Below, in pieces: positions 47,884 to 57,474 of a stretch of 64,000 nt of DNA. A program made the translations under genes and the position numbers. The notes under the pieces were generated by a model that was not told the DNA's origin, did not search any database, and was given only the letters and a program-made list of their open reading frames with translations. How positions within the stretch are numbered: the stretch's first letter is position 1; each line of letters starts with the position of its first letter. This DNA comes from a bacterium (GTDB taxonomy: Bacteria > Electryoneota > Electryoneia > Electryoneales > Electryoneaceae), in assembly GCA_963669175.1 (NCBI GenBank), contig OY769902.1:2112001-2176000 (forward strand). The letters run 5' to 3'.

Positions 47884-47969
47884 AATTTTCATAAGACAAC
47901 ATGCGTATTAATTTTATGAAATGATTTAGTATAGACCACCGCTTGGCAAGCAAGCGGGGCCAAAAGAGT

Positions 47970-48008
47970 AAAAAAAGAAAACCGGATCAGACAATGTCTG
48001 ATCCGGTT
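47970..48008 (-). terminator. Intrinsic terminator (original tRNA-Pro terminator, now beyond the att copy)
   Basis: AACCGGATCAGAC-AAT-GTCTGATCCGGTT with a T-rich tail on the minus strand. Confidence 0.8.
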
Positions 48009-48014
48009 CGTTGC

Positions 48015-48060
48015 GTCGGAGCGACTGGATTTGAACCAGCGACCCCCTGACCCCCAGTCA
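48015..48060 (-). repeat. att site (duplicated 3' half of tRNA-Pro)
   Basis: Identical to 55350-55395. Confidence 0.95.
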
Positions 48061-48315
48061 CGGAATAGGTGAAACTGACAACACATATCAACAGCTAACA
48101 GCATTCTTATCAGCAGCTTAACGAGGCAGTATTGCTGGCAATCGTTGACCTCTGTTGCCTCTTTTTTTTCGTGGATGTCCCACCAGTGTCCCACGGGACA
48201 CCGGGGGGTATGGGGCAATCGGGGGGGGGCTCCTGCCTGTCTTGGTATTATGCCTTGGCTCGCTAGAAATTAAAATAATTGAAAGGAAACAGCATACTAA
48301 TAGAAACTATTTACT

Positions 48316-50040
48316 TCATTTGACAAGTAAAGCTTTCTGAACCACTACTTGATCTTCGAAATGGGCTCGTATAATATATATTCCGTTTGCTACATCTCCT
48401 GCGTCCCATTGGACAATGTGATCACCTTCATTCATAACACTTTTATAAAGCCATGTGATGAGTTGTCCCTTAATATTAAACACTGATATATCGACTTCGC
48501 CTGTTCTGGAAGTGGAAACCTGTAAAGTCGTAGTGGTATTGAAAGGATTGGGGAAGACAGACGAAACACGGAAAGATATTGGTTGTTCATCTGGCGACTC
48601 AGGTGTAGCAGTGTTAGTGCCAAGTCCTTCCAAGTATACAATTCTGTGAGGCTCATCAGGATCGTTTGAATAGAGATATACTTGGTCAGTATAGGAGGTA
48701 TGCTCTGTCGGTATAAACTGGATCAGAATGGAATCCTGAGTATCGGGGGAAATGGCCATTGGTGAGGAGAACATGATCTCAAAACCGGGTGAATTCCATA
48801 CCACGGAATCGATGATAAGCTCTGCATTGCCTGTATTGCCGACTGGCAAAAACCAATTTTGAGATGAATCCACCAAACACCACCCAAAATCGTGATAGAT
48901 GACCGGTAAATATATGTCGGCAGAGGGAGGTTGCCCGAACTTCATTAGTGCGATAGTATCATCTCCGTGCATTTGGATGTTGCTTAGTACAGTGAATGTG
49001 TTGTCCGGGTGGGTCAAAACGACCCGGCCTTCTCCCTGAACGATATCCTCACCTGAGAAACTCCACAGTTCATTGCCCATGCCATCTATTTTACAGCAGT
49101 ATAGATTTCCCCAAGCTGTTCCTGTAGTAACGTACTCATTTTCTTGAATCAGTGAAACTGAGCGCAATTCTTCACCGTCATATTCATAGCCGAAATCGTC
49201 ATGCCATTGTTCATCGCCTGTTGAATCTACACCCAGTAGGTAGCAATTCTGTGAAAGATCGCCATAAGATTGTGTCTCACCGACAAGGATCAGGCTATTA
49301 TCGTCGGTCAAAACCATATCCCACGCTACATCATGGTAATCACCGCCATAATATTCTACCCACTCCACATCTCCTGTGGAGGTTATTTTTGCAGCCATAG
49401 GGCTGGTTTGTTCACCTTGCTGGCCGTGAGACTGGCCAACAATTATTAAGCCACTATCTTCCAGAATATCTATTCGTCGCCCATCACCTGGATTATCTTC
49501 AAGTGGAATCGTGAAGTCCACAACATCGCCAGCATAGGTCAAGTTCATCAAGAATACATGGGGAAGGTCGTTCATCCTTGTTTCACCCGTAACCACCAAC
49601 TGGTTACCATCCTGTACAATACAATTCGCCTCGTCATCGTTGGAGTAGGAATACAATGTGTCTAGAAGGATAACGCCATCAGTTGAGATCCGCGTGAAGA
49701 AAGTCTTGTCATACTCTGGCAAACCGGTATACGCGCCCATTCCAACGGCAACATACCCACTATCACCAACGGTCAGGATGTACCTGATGTAACATCGTTC
49801 GTAGTGGGGATAACTGACGTGCCACACTTCGTTGCACAGCGAATCCAAGGCGAAAATGTGGTGGTCGCCGCAGATGACAAAGCCGTTGTTGCTGGTAGTG
49901 TCCGCCCAGCTCACACTTGCTTCCGAGTTGTCCTGAAGCGGACCAACATACCGTGTCCAGAGAGTATCTATACCTTCAGGTTGGGCTATTGCTAATGACG
50001 TCATAACAAGCAAACAAAATATTACCTTTAACGTATTCAT
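48316..50040 (-). CDS. Secreted propeller-repeat protein with ASH/Ig-like domain and C-terminal sorting domain
   Basis: Signal peptide from MNTLK (AAGGAG RBS); W..YYGG repeats; NTGNAELII...SNDPDEP; FPNPFN CTD. Confidence 0.88.
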   Translation of the reverse strand: MNTLKVIFCLLVMTSLAIAQPEGIDTLWTRYVGPLQDNSEASVSWADTTSNNGFVICGDHHIFALDSLCNEVWHVSYPHYERCYIRYILTVGDSGYVAVGMGAYTGLPEYDKTFFTRISTDGVILLDTLYSYSNDDEANCIVQDGNQLVVTGETRMNDLPHVFLMNLTYAGDVVDFTIPLEDNPGDGRRIDILEDSGLIIVGQSHGQQGEQTSPMAAKITSTGDVEWVEYYGGDYHDVAWDMVLTDDNSLILVGETQSYGDLSQNCYLLGVDSTGDEQWHDDFGYEYDGEELRSVSLIQENEYVTTGTAWGNLYCCKIDGMGNELWSFSGEDIVQGEGRVVLTHPDNTFTVLSNIQMHGDDTIALMKFGQPPSADIYLPVIYHDFGWCLVDSSQNWFLPVGNTGNAELIIDSVVWNSPGFEIMFSSPMAISPDTQDSILIQFIPTEHTSYTDQVYLYSNDPDEPHRIVYLEGLGTNTATPESPDEQPISFRVSSVFPNPFNTTTTLQVSTSRTGEVDISVFNIKGQLITWLYKSVMNEGDHIVQWDAGDVANGIYIIRAHFEDQVVVQKALLVK

Positions 50041-50208
50041 GTTTTCGCTCCTTATAGTGAACAGGTAAATCAGTCTGCAAAGTCGCTTCCACAAGCAAGG
50101 TGAAAATTGCATTGGAACTTTTAGTGTTATTGAAAACTATAAAACATCAAAGAAATCTTAATCGGTAATCGTTAAGAAGTACATGGACGGAATGCGAACT
50201 CTGACAAT

Positions 50209-50856
50209 TCATATCCTGTAGTATCGCTTCAGTTCACGGTTGTACCGTGGTGCATCATCGAACCACCATTTAATCAACCCAATCTCCGGCGCGTACGCCT
50301 TGTAGTACCGACCCCGAGGATCAGTGTTGTCATATCTTCCATAACGTACAACGTAGCAATGCTCAAACGTACCAGCAGGGACGGTCATCGTACTATCCGT
50401 AGCCCATACACGCCAACAGAAGTTTCTTTCATCATCGTCTATCACAGCACCCTGTTGTGCCCAAGGGAAGCTATAAAAGTCAGGCATCGTTATATAATCG
50501 CCACGCTGTTCGTCCCACACATACATACGCACACTATCGTTCGTCACGGAGTAAGTATTACCGCCCCACATCCCAGAACTCACATGAAACGAACCCATTC
50601 GATACAAGACCTCACCGTCGTACCGCTCACCTGTATCGTAACTTCTTACCTCGATAGTGGTGTCATTATCACCAGGATATAAGTAGACCCAAGACAACCC
50701 GTCCCCAAGCGGAAACAGGTCCGCTACCTCTTCGGCAATCGGGGCTTCAGGTACGTTCCCGGCTCCATTATCATCGTCTTCGTCACATCCGAATGACAAC
50801 ATGAGCACTAGACCAAGGATCAGGCTTAGAAGTAGAGAAAGGAAGGTCTTGTTCAT
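50209..50856 (-). CDS. Hypothetical lipoprotein
   Basis: Lipobox SFGC; FPL..G.SW.Y, TVPAGTF..C and YAP.IGLIK motifs typical of this lipoprotein class. Confidence 0.8.
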   Translation of the reverse strand: MNKTFLSLLLSLILGLVLMLSFGCDEDDDNGAGNVPEAPIAEEVADLFPLGDGLSWVYLYPGDNDTTIEVRSYDTGERYDGEVLYRMGSFHVSSGMWGGNTYSVTNDSVRMYVWDEQRGDYITMPDFYSFPWAQQGAVIDDDERNFCWRVWATDSTMTVPAGTFEHCYVVRYGRYDNTDPRGRYYKAYAPEIGLIKWWFDDAPRYNRELKRYYRI

Positions 50857-51548
50857 CGTGTCCCCCAAGGTTAAATAGATTCTATATGTCAATATGCAAG
50901 CTAGAGGCGAGCTTGATGGAAGTCAACAGGCTTCGGGCCTATCTAACAGAATCCCAAGAACAATCGAGGAGGGTGCGAGATAGAGAATATTCCAGAGGTC
51001 TGGAAAGTTTGGGCGCTACTGATGGACTGCGATAGAGAGGTACTGATAGCGCAAACAACTATACACAAGGAAGCGATGCCTCTAGAGAGGGAATTGACTA
51101 ACCACGAGACATATTAAATCTTCCGATAAAATGACGTGAATCAGGTACAAACTCTGCGTAAACAACCATTTCCGTGGTGTGCAAATATGTCGGTTCTGAA
51201 TGTTCAATTCGCTCTCGGCAGAGAGAATTTTTTCCCGTGGTCATAAGTGTTGAGGAATCATAAGCATAGCTGGTTTCTCGGTGGTCAAAACTTGTTTTTG
51301 ACCTCTTTCCGAAGTGTAGTCACTGAAGGGGAAGCACGAAGTGCTGACCCGGAAGTGACGAAACGAAGGAAAGGTCACGTTTATATCATACTCTATATAT
51401 CCTGGACTCTATATTCCTGTATCTATATTATGAGGCATCTCTGACTCACCCGTTGAGGAAAGATTTTCTCAGCCATTGAGGAAATTCTTCACCTGCTTCG
51501 GAAAAATACTCCCCACCCTCAATTGTGATTTTCAGAGGTAGAATCACT

Positions 51549-51932
51549 TCAAGACCTTGCTTTCTTTCCCGCTTTTCTCTTTGCTTCATCTTCTTTTTTA
51601 CCAACAATGTATGTAATCGAGGAGGTTCCATCTCTATGTTCCCTGGTGATAATCCCTTTTTCCTTGAGTGCTGCAATGGCCGAGACTATTGTTTTCCTGT
51701 CAACCCCAAGCGCTGCTGCTATAGTACTGTCCGCAACCCAAGTATAATCTTTACCGCTTCCGCATTTGATCCATAGTACCACCAACACCTGAAATTGTCG
51801 AGGGTTCAGATCGTTATCCAACCAATATTTCATCTTCATGTTGCAGAATGCATTACGGAGTTCTTTGCGCAACTGTTTTCCGGCTTCTTCAATAGTGCGC
51901 TTTTGAGGAATCTGTGCAGTGTCTCCGTTCAT
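51549..51932 (-). CDS. Winged-HTH protein, replication-initiator N-terminus-like (possibly truncated)
   Basis: L....FQVLVVL...WVADSTIAAALGVDRKTIVSAIAALKEKGII pattern; ATGA coupling to the upstream gene. Confidence 0.75.
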   Translation of the reverse strand: MNGDTAQIPQKRTIEEAGKQLRKELRNAFCNMKMKYWLDNDLNPRQFQVLVVLWIKCGSGKDYTWVADSTIAAALGVDRKTIVSAIAALKEKGIITREHRDGTSSITYIVGKKEDEAKRKAGKKARS

Positions 51933-52243
51933 TTTCCAGACCTCCGGAAAGTTTGTACTGTTGCGCCGTTACCTGACTCCAAGTGCTCAAGCCGAGGCCA
52001 GAACAGCTCACGCCAGTCCACCTCTGGAGGGAAGTATTCAGCCTCCCCCCAGAAGGTGACGGTTGCCAAGTAGTCAGCGATTCCTTGACGCTCAATTGCG
52101 AGCCTGATCTCCCGGTGAAGTTGTAGGCGTGTCCTATCAGCTTCACCGAGATCCTCTGCCAGCACCACATCACTCGCCAGACAATACAGGTCGTGGAACC
52201 AGTCAGGCATTTGCAACTCATCTGAGTAAGTTTGCGGTTGCAT
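51929..52243 (-). CDS. Hypothetical protein of the integrative element
   Basis: GGAGGAG RBS before MQPQT; tightly coupled to neighbouring ORFs. Confidence 0.65.
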   Translation of the reverse strand: MQPQTYSDELQMPDWFHDLYCLASDVVLAEDLGEADRTRLQLHREIRLAIERQGIADYLATVTFWGEAEYFPPEVDWRELFWPRLEHLESGNGATVQTFRRSGK

Positions 52244-52245
52244 TA

Positions 52246-52512
52246 TTACTCCTCCCTCTGCATGTATCCAGCCCATTGATCGTAACCGATAACGTCTCCA
52301 CGGCTGTTGAACCGAGGGACTCGTATATCTTCCGGCTTCGGGTTGCGCCCAAAGCGATAGGGCCAAAGCGGGCAATGCATGACCGTACACAGCTTGACTT
52401 CTTTCCGTGATCCACCCATACAACACAAGCAATCATCTCGTACGGCTTTCATCAGGTTGGGAATCCCGTATTGACGGCGAATCGCTGCACTTTCTTTCGA
52501 GACCCTACTCAT
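52246..52512 (-). CDS. Small Cys-rich phage-type protein
   Basis: GAGGAG RBS; KAVR..CLCC.GG...EV..C....CPLWPYRFG putative zinc-binding motif. Confidence 0.75.
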   Translation of the reverse strand: MSRVSKESAAIRRQYGIPNLMKAVRDDCLCCMGGSRKEVKLCTVMHCPLWPYRFGRNPKPEDIRVPRFNSRGDVIGYDQWAGYMQREE

Positions 52513-52628
52513 AGGTCCAATCTCCTCTTTTCGTTGCGGAATCGGCTTGTATAAGCCGTTTTGTTGCGAAGAACGGCAAACCTGCACTCGCAGGCAGAGC
52601 GGTTCTCCACCTCAGCTTGCTGGTTGAA

Positions 52629-52844
52629 TCAGTTAGCCTGGGAGTTCTGTTCTTCGACCCACTCGAAGAATGACGGCTCATCCAATAGGATTCGCCTTCC
52701 CACTCTTCGAATGACCTTATCGAAGCCGTTGGACTTGGCATGAAAAACGAGGTAGCGCAACCCTCCAAGGGGCGGCCATGAGTGGTACTGGTTCCACTCT
52801 GTCAGGGGAATGAGTCTTTGCTGGACTGTTGTGCTGTTCTGCAT
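52629..52844 (-). CDS. Excisionase/AlpA-like small DNA-binding protein
   Basis: AAGGAG RBS; 71 aa; LRYL.F....NG....I.RVGRRIL.D...F.EW pattern; near the integrase. Confidence 0.8.
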   Translation of the reverse strand: MQNSTTVQQRLIPLTEWNQYHSWPPLGGLRYLVFHAKSNGFDKVIRRVGRRILLDEPSFFEWVEEQNSQAN

Positions 52845-52962
52845 GATGTTCTCCTTAGCTTGAGGTTTTTGTCACTCGCACTAAGAAGCTAATTGCTTAT
52901 TTTACAAATGTCTATAAGTTCTGCTTGTACAGTATATAGCTTGCAAGCACAGGATAAAACTT

Positions 52963-53994
52963 TCAGAGTAGTTTCTTTTGTTTTTTGCGGATTCCCGGTG
53001 GAATAAAAACCTTGCCTTTATCGTTAGCCTTTCTCAGCCAACCATATATTGTCGACTTTACAGGTATATCCCAATCCTCCTCTTTACTTTTTATTTTAAT
53101 TTTCTCTCTTAAATGTTCGCTCATTTCCGTTATATTATATAATAATAGTCCATTTTCATACTGTTTACGCCATATTTCTTCAGCAAGTTGCAATACATAC
53201 TGCTTTTGTTTGCCGTAAAGAGCTTCATTTTTTGCAATGCCACCCATACTTTGAATAGATGTGTCCTCATTCAGCTTTTCTGTCCCAACTATACCATTAT
53301 TATCGTTTTTATCTTCATCTAATGCACTTATACTAATATCTGAACTATTAGGTTTTATAATATCCATCAACAGATTAAAATACTCATTACTAATCCATTG
53401 CTTAGTTCTACAATATCTAATAAACATGTATGGTTCTATAAATGAATCTGATTGATTATTATTATTATATTCAAAAAAACTTATAGTACTGGCAATATGT
53501 GATCTAGCAATCATGTCTAGTTTACTATTAAAAATATCATGAATATCTGAATAGTCAAAATTATGAATATCGAGAATTCTTTTAGGATTCTCTAAAATAA
53601 TTATAAATAATCCTTCATATAGTTGCCAACTATCAGAATTAAGCCAATAATCTATATCATTTATAAACCAGTCATAATATAATTTCGTTACTATATCGCT
53701 ATTATCTCTATTCCATATTTCAGCATCTTTTTTAAGTTCATAGTCAACCGGATAATTTTTAAGAAATGCTTTAATATCATCTTCTTTAACTATTATAGTT
53801 GGAACATTAAATAAAATAACCTTTGAAGGATTAACTTTGAAGTCCTTATGTATATCAAAATTAACACCATCATATAAATAACGATAGTAGAAGTGTTCGA
53901 AATGTTCCAATGCAGAAGGGCCATGATCTTCTTCCGGAATACTCTCAAGCAAATGTACAATATCTTGGTAGCGAACCCAGCTAATAGTTTTCAT
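52963..53994 (-). CDS. AT-rich hypothetical protein with C-terminal HTH-like segment
   Basis: 343-aa ORF starting right after the integrase stop (GGAGG RBS); ends ...STIYGWLRK. Confidence 0.75.
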   Translation of the reverse strand: MKTISWVRYQDIVHLLESIPEEDHGPSALEHFEHFYYRYLYDGVNFDIHKDFKVNPSKVILFNVPTIIVKEDDIKAFLKNYPVDYELKKDAEIWNRDNSDIVTKLYYDWFINDIDYWLNSDSWQLYEGLFIIILENPKRILDIHNFDYSDIHDIFNSKLDMIARSHIASTISFFEYNNNNQSDSFIEPYMFIRYCRTKQWISNEYFNLLMDIIKPNSSDISISALDEDKNDNNGIVGTEKLNEDTSIQSMGGIAKNEALYGKQKQYVLQLAEEIWRKQYENGLLLYNITEMSEHLREKIKIKSKEEDWDIPVKSTIYGWLRKANDKGKVFIPPGIRKKQKKLL

Positions 53995-53995
53995 G

Positions 53996-55036
53996 CTATC
54001 CTCCGAATACTTTTTTGTTCATCTTCTCCACGATAGAGGCCGTATGTGCTTCGCTGAGGTGCGAGTAGCGTTTTACCATCTGAAGTGTTTTATGTCCGAG
54101 AATCTCGGCAATCTCTGCCAGTGTCGCCCCGTTCATGGCGAGATAGCTTGCAGCACTGTGACGGAGATCGTGGTAACGAAAGTCCTTTATCTTGGCTTTC
54201 TTGACAGCCCAACGCCATGCAGAGCGGAAGTCCATAGGCTTCTGAGGGTTCTGACCCGGAAAAACAAGGTCAGTGTCCAGACGTCTCGCCAGCATTTTCT
54301 CCTGCATGAGTTCAAGTGCTTTCCCCTTCAATGGTAAAACACGAGTCTCGCCGTTCTTAGTATCGTACAATACGATAACCTCACGTCCCAAGTCTACCTG
54401 ATCCCACTTCATTCCCCAAATTTCCATCTTCCGGGCACCTGTTGACAGTGCCAGCATGACAACCGCGTACAAGTCTGGATTGGTACTTTCCTGACAGGCT
54501 TTCAATAGATTCGCCCGTTCTGTATCGCTGAGGAACCGTATACGTCCCCGAGGTTCAGTCAACTTGGATACTTTACGGAAAGGATTTTCGTCAACCCACT
54601 CCCACTCCTTCATGGCAACCGTGAAAGCGTGGGACAATACGGCAAGGTAACGGTTCACTGTTGCGGGAGAACGTCCCCCGTCCTTCATCTTGTCTCGGTG
54701 TTCTACTATCAATGCAGGGGTCACATCGGCAAGCCTGTAACTGCCTATCTGTTCATCCCACCAAGTAAGCTGTTGTTTCTGATCCTGACCTCGTTTCTTC
54801 TGAGGGATGATCTCCTTGTTGTACCGCTTGATAAGTTCGCTGAGGGTATGTTTCTTCGCTTCAGACTGCTTGAAGTAACGTCCCTCCTTGATTGCGGCCT
54901 CGGTACGTGTTGCCCAATCCCTTGCATCGGTCAACCGCTCAAAGGTTGCGGTCTCCGTGGGATAACCGCGAAGCCTTACTTTAACCCGAACACGTTTTTT
55001 CCCGTCCTGGGTAACTCGTTCTTCAAATGTCGCCAT
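53996..55036 (-). CDS. Tyrosine recombinase/integrase
   Basis: SPATVNRYL; LALSTGAR; TKNG; YHDLRHSAAS; LGHKT..MVKRY catalytic R-K-H-R-H-Y set; GGGAGG RBS before MATFE. Confidence 0.97.
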   Translation of the reverse strand: MATFEERVTQDGKKRVRVKVRLRGYPTETATFERLTDARDWATRTEAAIKEGRYFKQSEAKKHTLSELIKRYNKEIIPQKKRGQDQKQQLTWWDEQIGSYRLADVTPALIVEHRDKMKDGGRSPATVNRYLAVLSHAFTVAMKEWEWVDENPFRKVSKLTEPRGRIRFLSDTERANLLKACQESTNPDLYAVVMLALSTGARKMEIWGMKWDQVDLGREVIVLYDTKNGETRVLPLKGKALELMQEKMLARRLDTDLVFPGQNPQKPMDFRSAWRWAVKKAKIKDFRYHDLRHSAASYLAMNGATLAEIAEILGHKTLQMVKRYSHLSEAHTASIVEKMNKKVFGG

Positions 55037-55309
55037 GATAACCTCCCGTGAATTGGTAGCAACAAGGTACAACAGGAGGCGAAAACAGGCAACACCTGAC
55101 TAATAATCAGTGAGAGTTGTGCCGTAACAGTATGTAATATCAATTAATTAAAACCAACAGGAGAGCCATATGGGACACTACAGGGGCAATCGTGGGGCAA
55201 AAATGGGACAATTCAAAGGGGATAGAGGGGAGGTCGTGGGGCAATGCTGGTGGAGAAGTGTTGTGAATTGCTTTTTTTAGATGTCCCACCAGTGTCCCAT
55301 TTACAGAGA

Positions 55310-55338
55310 AAGGGGTTAGGCTTCTAACCTAACCCCTT
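55310..55338 (-). terminator. Hairpin terminator supplied by the element downstream of the reconstituted tRNA
   Basis: AAGGGGTTAGG-7 nt-CCTAACCCCTT. Confidence 0.6.
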
Positions 55339-55350
55339 AGAAAAACAATG

Positions 55351-55424
55351 TCGGAGCGACTGGATTTGAACCAGCGACCCCCTGACCCCCAGTCAGGTGC
55401 GCTACCGGGCTGCGCCACGCTCCG
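55351..55424 (-). tRNA. tRNA-Pro (anticodon GGG), CCA not encoded
   Basis: CGGAGCG/CGCTCCG acceptor stem; anticodon arm CCTGA-CTGGGGG-TCAGG; T-arm GGTTCAAATCC. Confidence 0.97.
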
Positions 55425-55610
55425 TACCGCTTGTAAAGACAGAAAACGCGCCAGTCCCGCAACGCGTCCAGCAGCAAATATAGCCTTTTGATCAGGATGA
55501 AGCAACCTGACAAGCACGCGTTCTCCCGCAGAGTCCCTCATCACAAAATTGTCCTGAAACGGAACAACAAAGGGGTGGTACAACCATGAAGCCGGAAAGC
55601 TTCAAAAAGA

Positions 55611-56015
55611 TTATCCCAGTAAGTCCAGGATCTCGCGCAGAGCCTGGCGGATCTCATGAACAGGTAGATCCGTTGTTCGGGATGCATTCGCTGTGACGGC
55701 TGCCACCGGTTCAGTGGGTGAGACCTGTGGAACCGAATGCGCCTGGGTTTCGGAGGAAGTATCGGATTCTTCACCTTCAACAGCTAAGCGTATTTCCAGC
55801 TCACGGCGTGCGCCTTCGATCGTATAGCGTTCTGCGTGCAGCAAGGTCTGGATATGCTGCACGATATCGATATCCTGCTGGCGATAGGAACGGCTGCCCG
55901 CACGGTTTTTCCGTGGACGCAACTGCTTGAATTCCGTCTCCCAGTAGCGCAATACGTGGGGCGCGAGACCGGTCATTTTGGCGACCTCGCTGATGCTGTA
56001 GTACATCTTCTGCAT
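55611..56015 (-). CDS. MerR family transcriptional regulator
   Basis: YYSISEVA...HVLRYWETEF..LRP.KNR.G.R.Y...YTIEGAR; sits immediately upstream of tRNA-Pro(GGG), a common arrangement. Confidence 0.92.
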   Translation of the reverse strand: MQKMYYSISEVAKMTGLAPHVLRYWETEFKQLRPRKNRAGSRSYRQQDIDIVQHIQTLLHAERYTIEGARRELEIRLAVEGEESDTSSETQAHSVPQVSPTEPVAAVTANASRTTDLPVHEIRQALREILDLLG

Positions 56016-56244
56016 GTAGAACCCTGTCAATCGCAACTCATAAGCGGTGTTAAGGTAGCTCTCCTCATGCGGCGCGTCAAGGGTAGACAACTGAATATGA
56101 GCACTCGGTTAGAAAGCAGACTATCGTCTTAACATGTATTTGATTTTTAATGGAGTTATGGTGATCGGCAAATAGAAAATCCGGCTTCTCATCGTGAGGA
56201 TGATGGCCGGATTCCAGGAAAAATCAGGGGTATGTCAAGTAAGA

Positions 56245-57471
56245 TTATTCATACCTGAGTGCGACAATGGGGTCCATACGGCTGGCTTTCCATGCCGGCC
56301 AGGTTCCGAAGATCAGCCCGACTGCGCTGCAGAATACGATGCCGGTGACAATAGTCCAGACCGGAATGGCAATCGGCAGATCTACCGAGTTGCCAAGCAG
56401 GTAGGCCGCGCCGATACCGATGCCAACGCCAACCATCGCGCCCAGTTCAGTCAGGATGACAGCTTCCAGCAGGAACTGGCCCATAATACTGGCGCGTCGT
56501 GCGCCCAGCGCTTTTCGCACTCCGATCTCACGGGTACGTTCCGTAACCGCGACCAGCATGATGTTCATGATCCCCACGCCTGCGACCAGCAATGAAATAG
56601 ACGCGATTCCAAACGCGGCGAACTGTATCCAACGTGTCATATCGTTAAAGGTCTCAATGAGCTGGTTGGAATAGAAGATGCCGAAATTATTCTCTTCTCC
56701 GGGTTTCAGACCACGCGCCACACGCATGGCAGCGATAGCCTGCTCGATCGCTTCGTCTATCCGTTCGGGATTCTGCACACGGACAGTAATATTCCAGCTT
56801 CGTTCGCTGCCCCACCAGTTGATAAAGGTTTTGATCGGTACGAGGACAAAATTGGAATAATGATCAGCGCCCATCATGGAACCCTTTTCCTCAAGGATGC
56901 CCACGACCAGCGCACGTTGACCATTGAGGAAAACATAGTCGCCAATCGGGTCGCGGTAGGGGAAAAGCTTGCTCGCGACTGCGCTGCCGAGAACACATAC
57001 CGGGCGGCCAAACTGTACATCCTGTTCGGTCAGGTCGCGTCCGCGTTCAATATTCTGGCCATTGTTAAATACAAATCCCGGAACTCCTCCAGCGATCTGG
57101 ATGTTTGCATTGGTAGCCTGGTTTTCGAATTTGACGGTGGCGCCCCATTTCCAGATCTCTTCAGCGACCACCGAAGCAAGGGATACATTCTCTTCAATCG
57201 CCCGGACTTCCTTCTGTCCAATCTTGGGTCGGAATTCGCGGCGCCGATGCCCGCCATCGCCAATCTGCACGTCATAGAGCTGAACTTGGAAAACGCCGGT
57301 GGAAAGCCCCTGCATCTCCGAATTGATCATATTCTGCAACCCCTTGATAATAGACATGGTGGCGATGATTGTCATCACGCCAATGACCACGCCCAACAGG
57401 GTTAAACTGCTGCGCAGAATATTCGAGCGTATGCTGGCGACCGAGACCGCTAATGCTTCTCCCATGTGCAT
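56245..57471 (-). CDS. ABC transporter permease (MacB/FtsX family)
   Basis: RSSLTLLGVVIGV; GIMNIMLVAVTERTREIGVRKALGA; DPIVALRYE. Confidence 0.95.
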   Translation of the reverse strand: MHMGEALAVSVASIRSNILRSSLTLLGVVIGVMTIIATMSIIKGLQNMINSEMQGLSTGVFQVQLYDVQIGDGGHRRREFRPKIGQKEVRAIEENVSLASVVAEEIWKWGATVKFENQATNANIQIAGGVPGFVFNNGQNIERGRDLTEQDVQFGRPVCVLGSAVASKLFPYRDPIGDYVFLNGQRALVVGILEEKGSMMGADHYSNFVLVPIKTFINWWGSERSWNITVRVQNPERIDEAIEQAIAAMRVARGLKPGEENNFGIFYSNQLIETFNDMTRWIQFAAFGIASISLLVAGVGIMNIMLVAVTERTREIGVRKALGARRASIMGQFLLEAVILTELGAMVGVGIGIGAAYLLGNSVDLPIAIPVWTIVTGIVFCSAVGLIFGTWPAWKASRMDPIVALRYE

Positions 57472-57474
57472 GGC

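Larger units (their letters stand above)
48015..55395 (-). mobile_element. Integrative element (satellite/IME-like) inserted in tRNA-Pro(GGG)
   Basis: 46-bp direct repeat of the tRNA 3' half at 48015-48060 and 55350-55395; tyrosine integrase next to the tRNA; 20-bp repeat GATGTCCCACCAGTGTCCCA at 48174 and 55280. Confidence 0.93.

Noticed and set aside
48015-48060. Second tRNA-Pro gene
   Set aside because: Only the 3' 46 nt are present; it is the att duplication.
51585-51602. Programmed -1 frameshift at A AAA AAG joining the HTH ORF to the 51446 ORF
   Set aside because: The join needs a +1 shift; the slippery heptamer is phased in the downstream frame.
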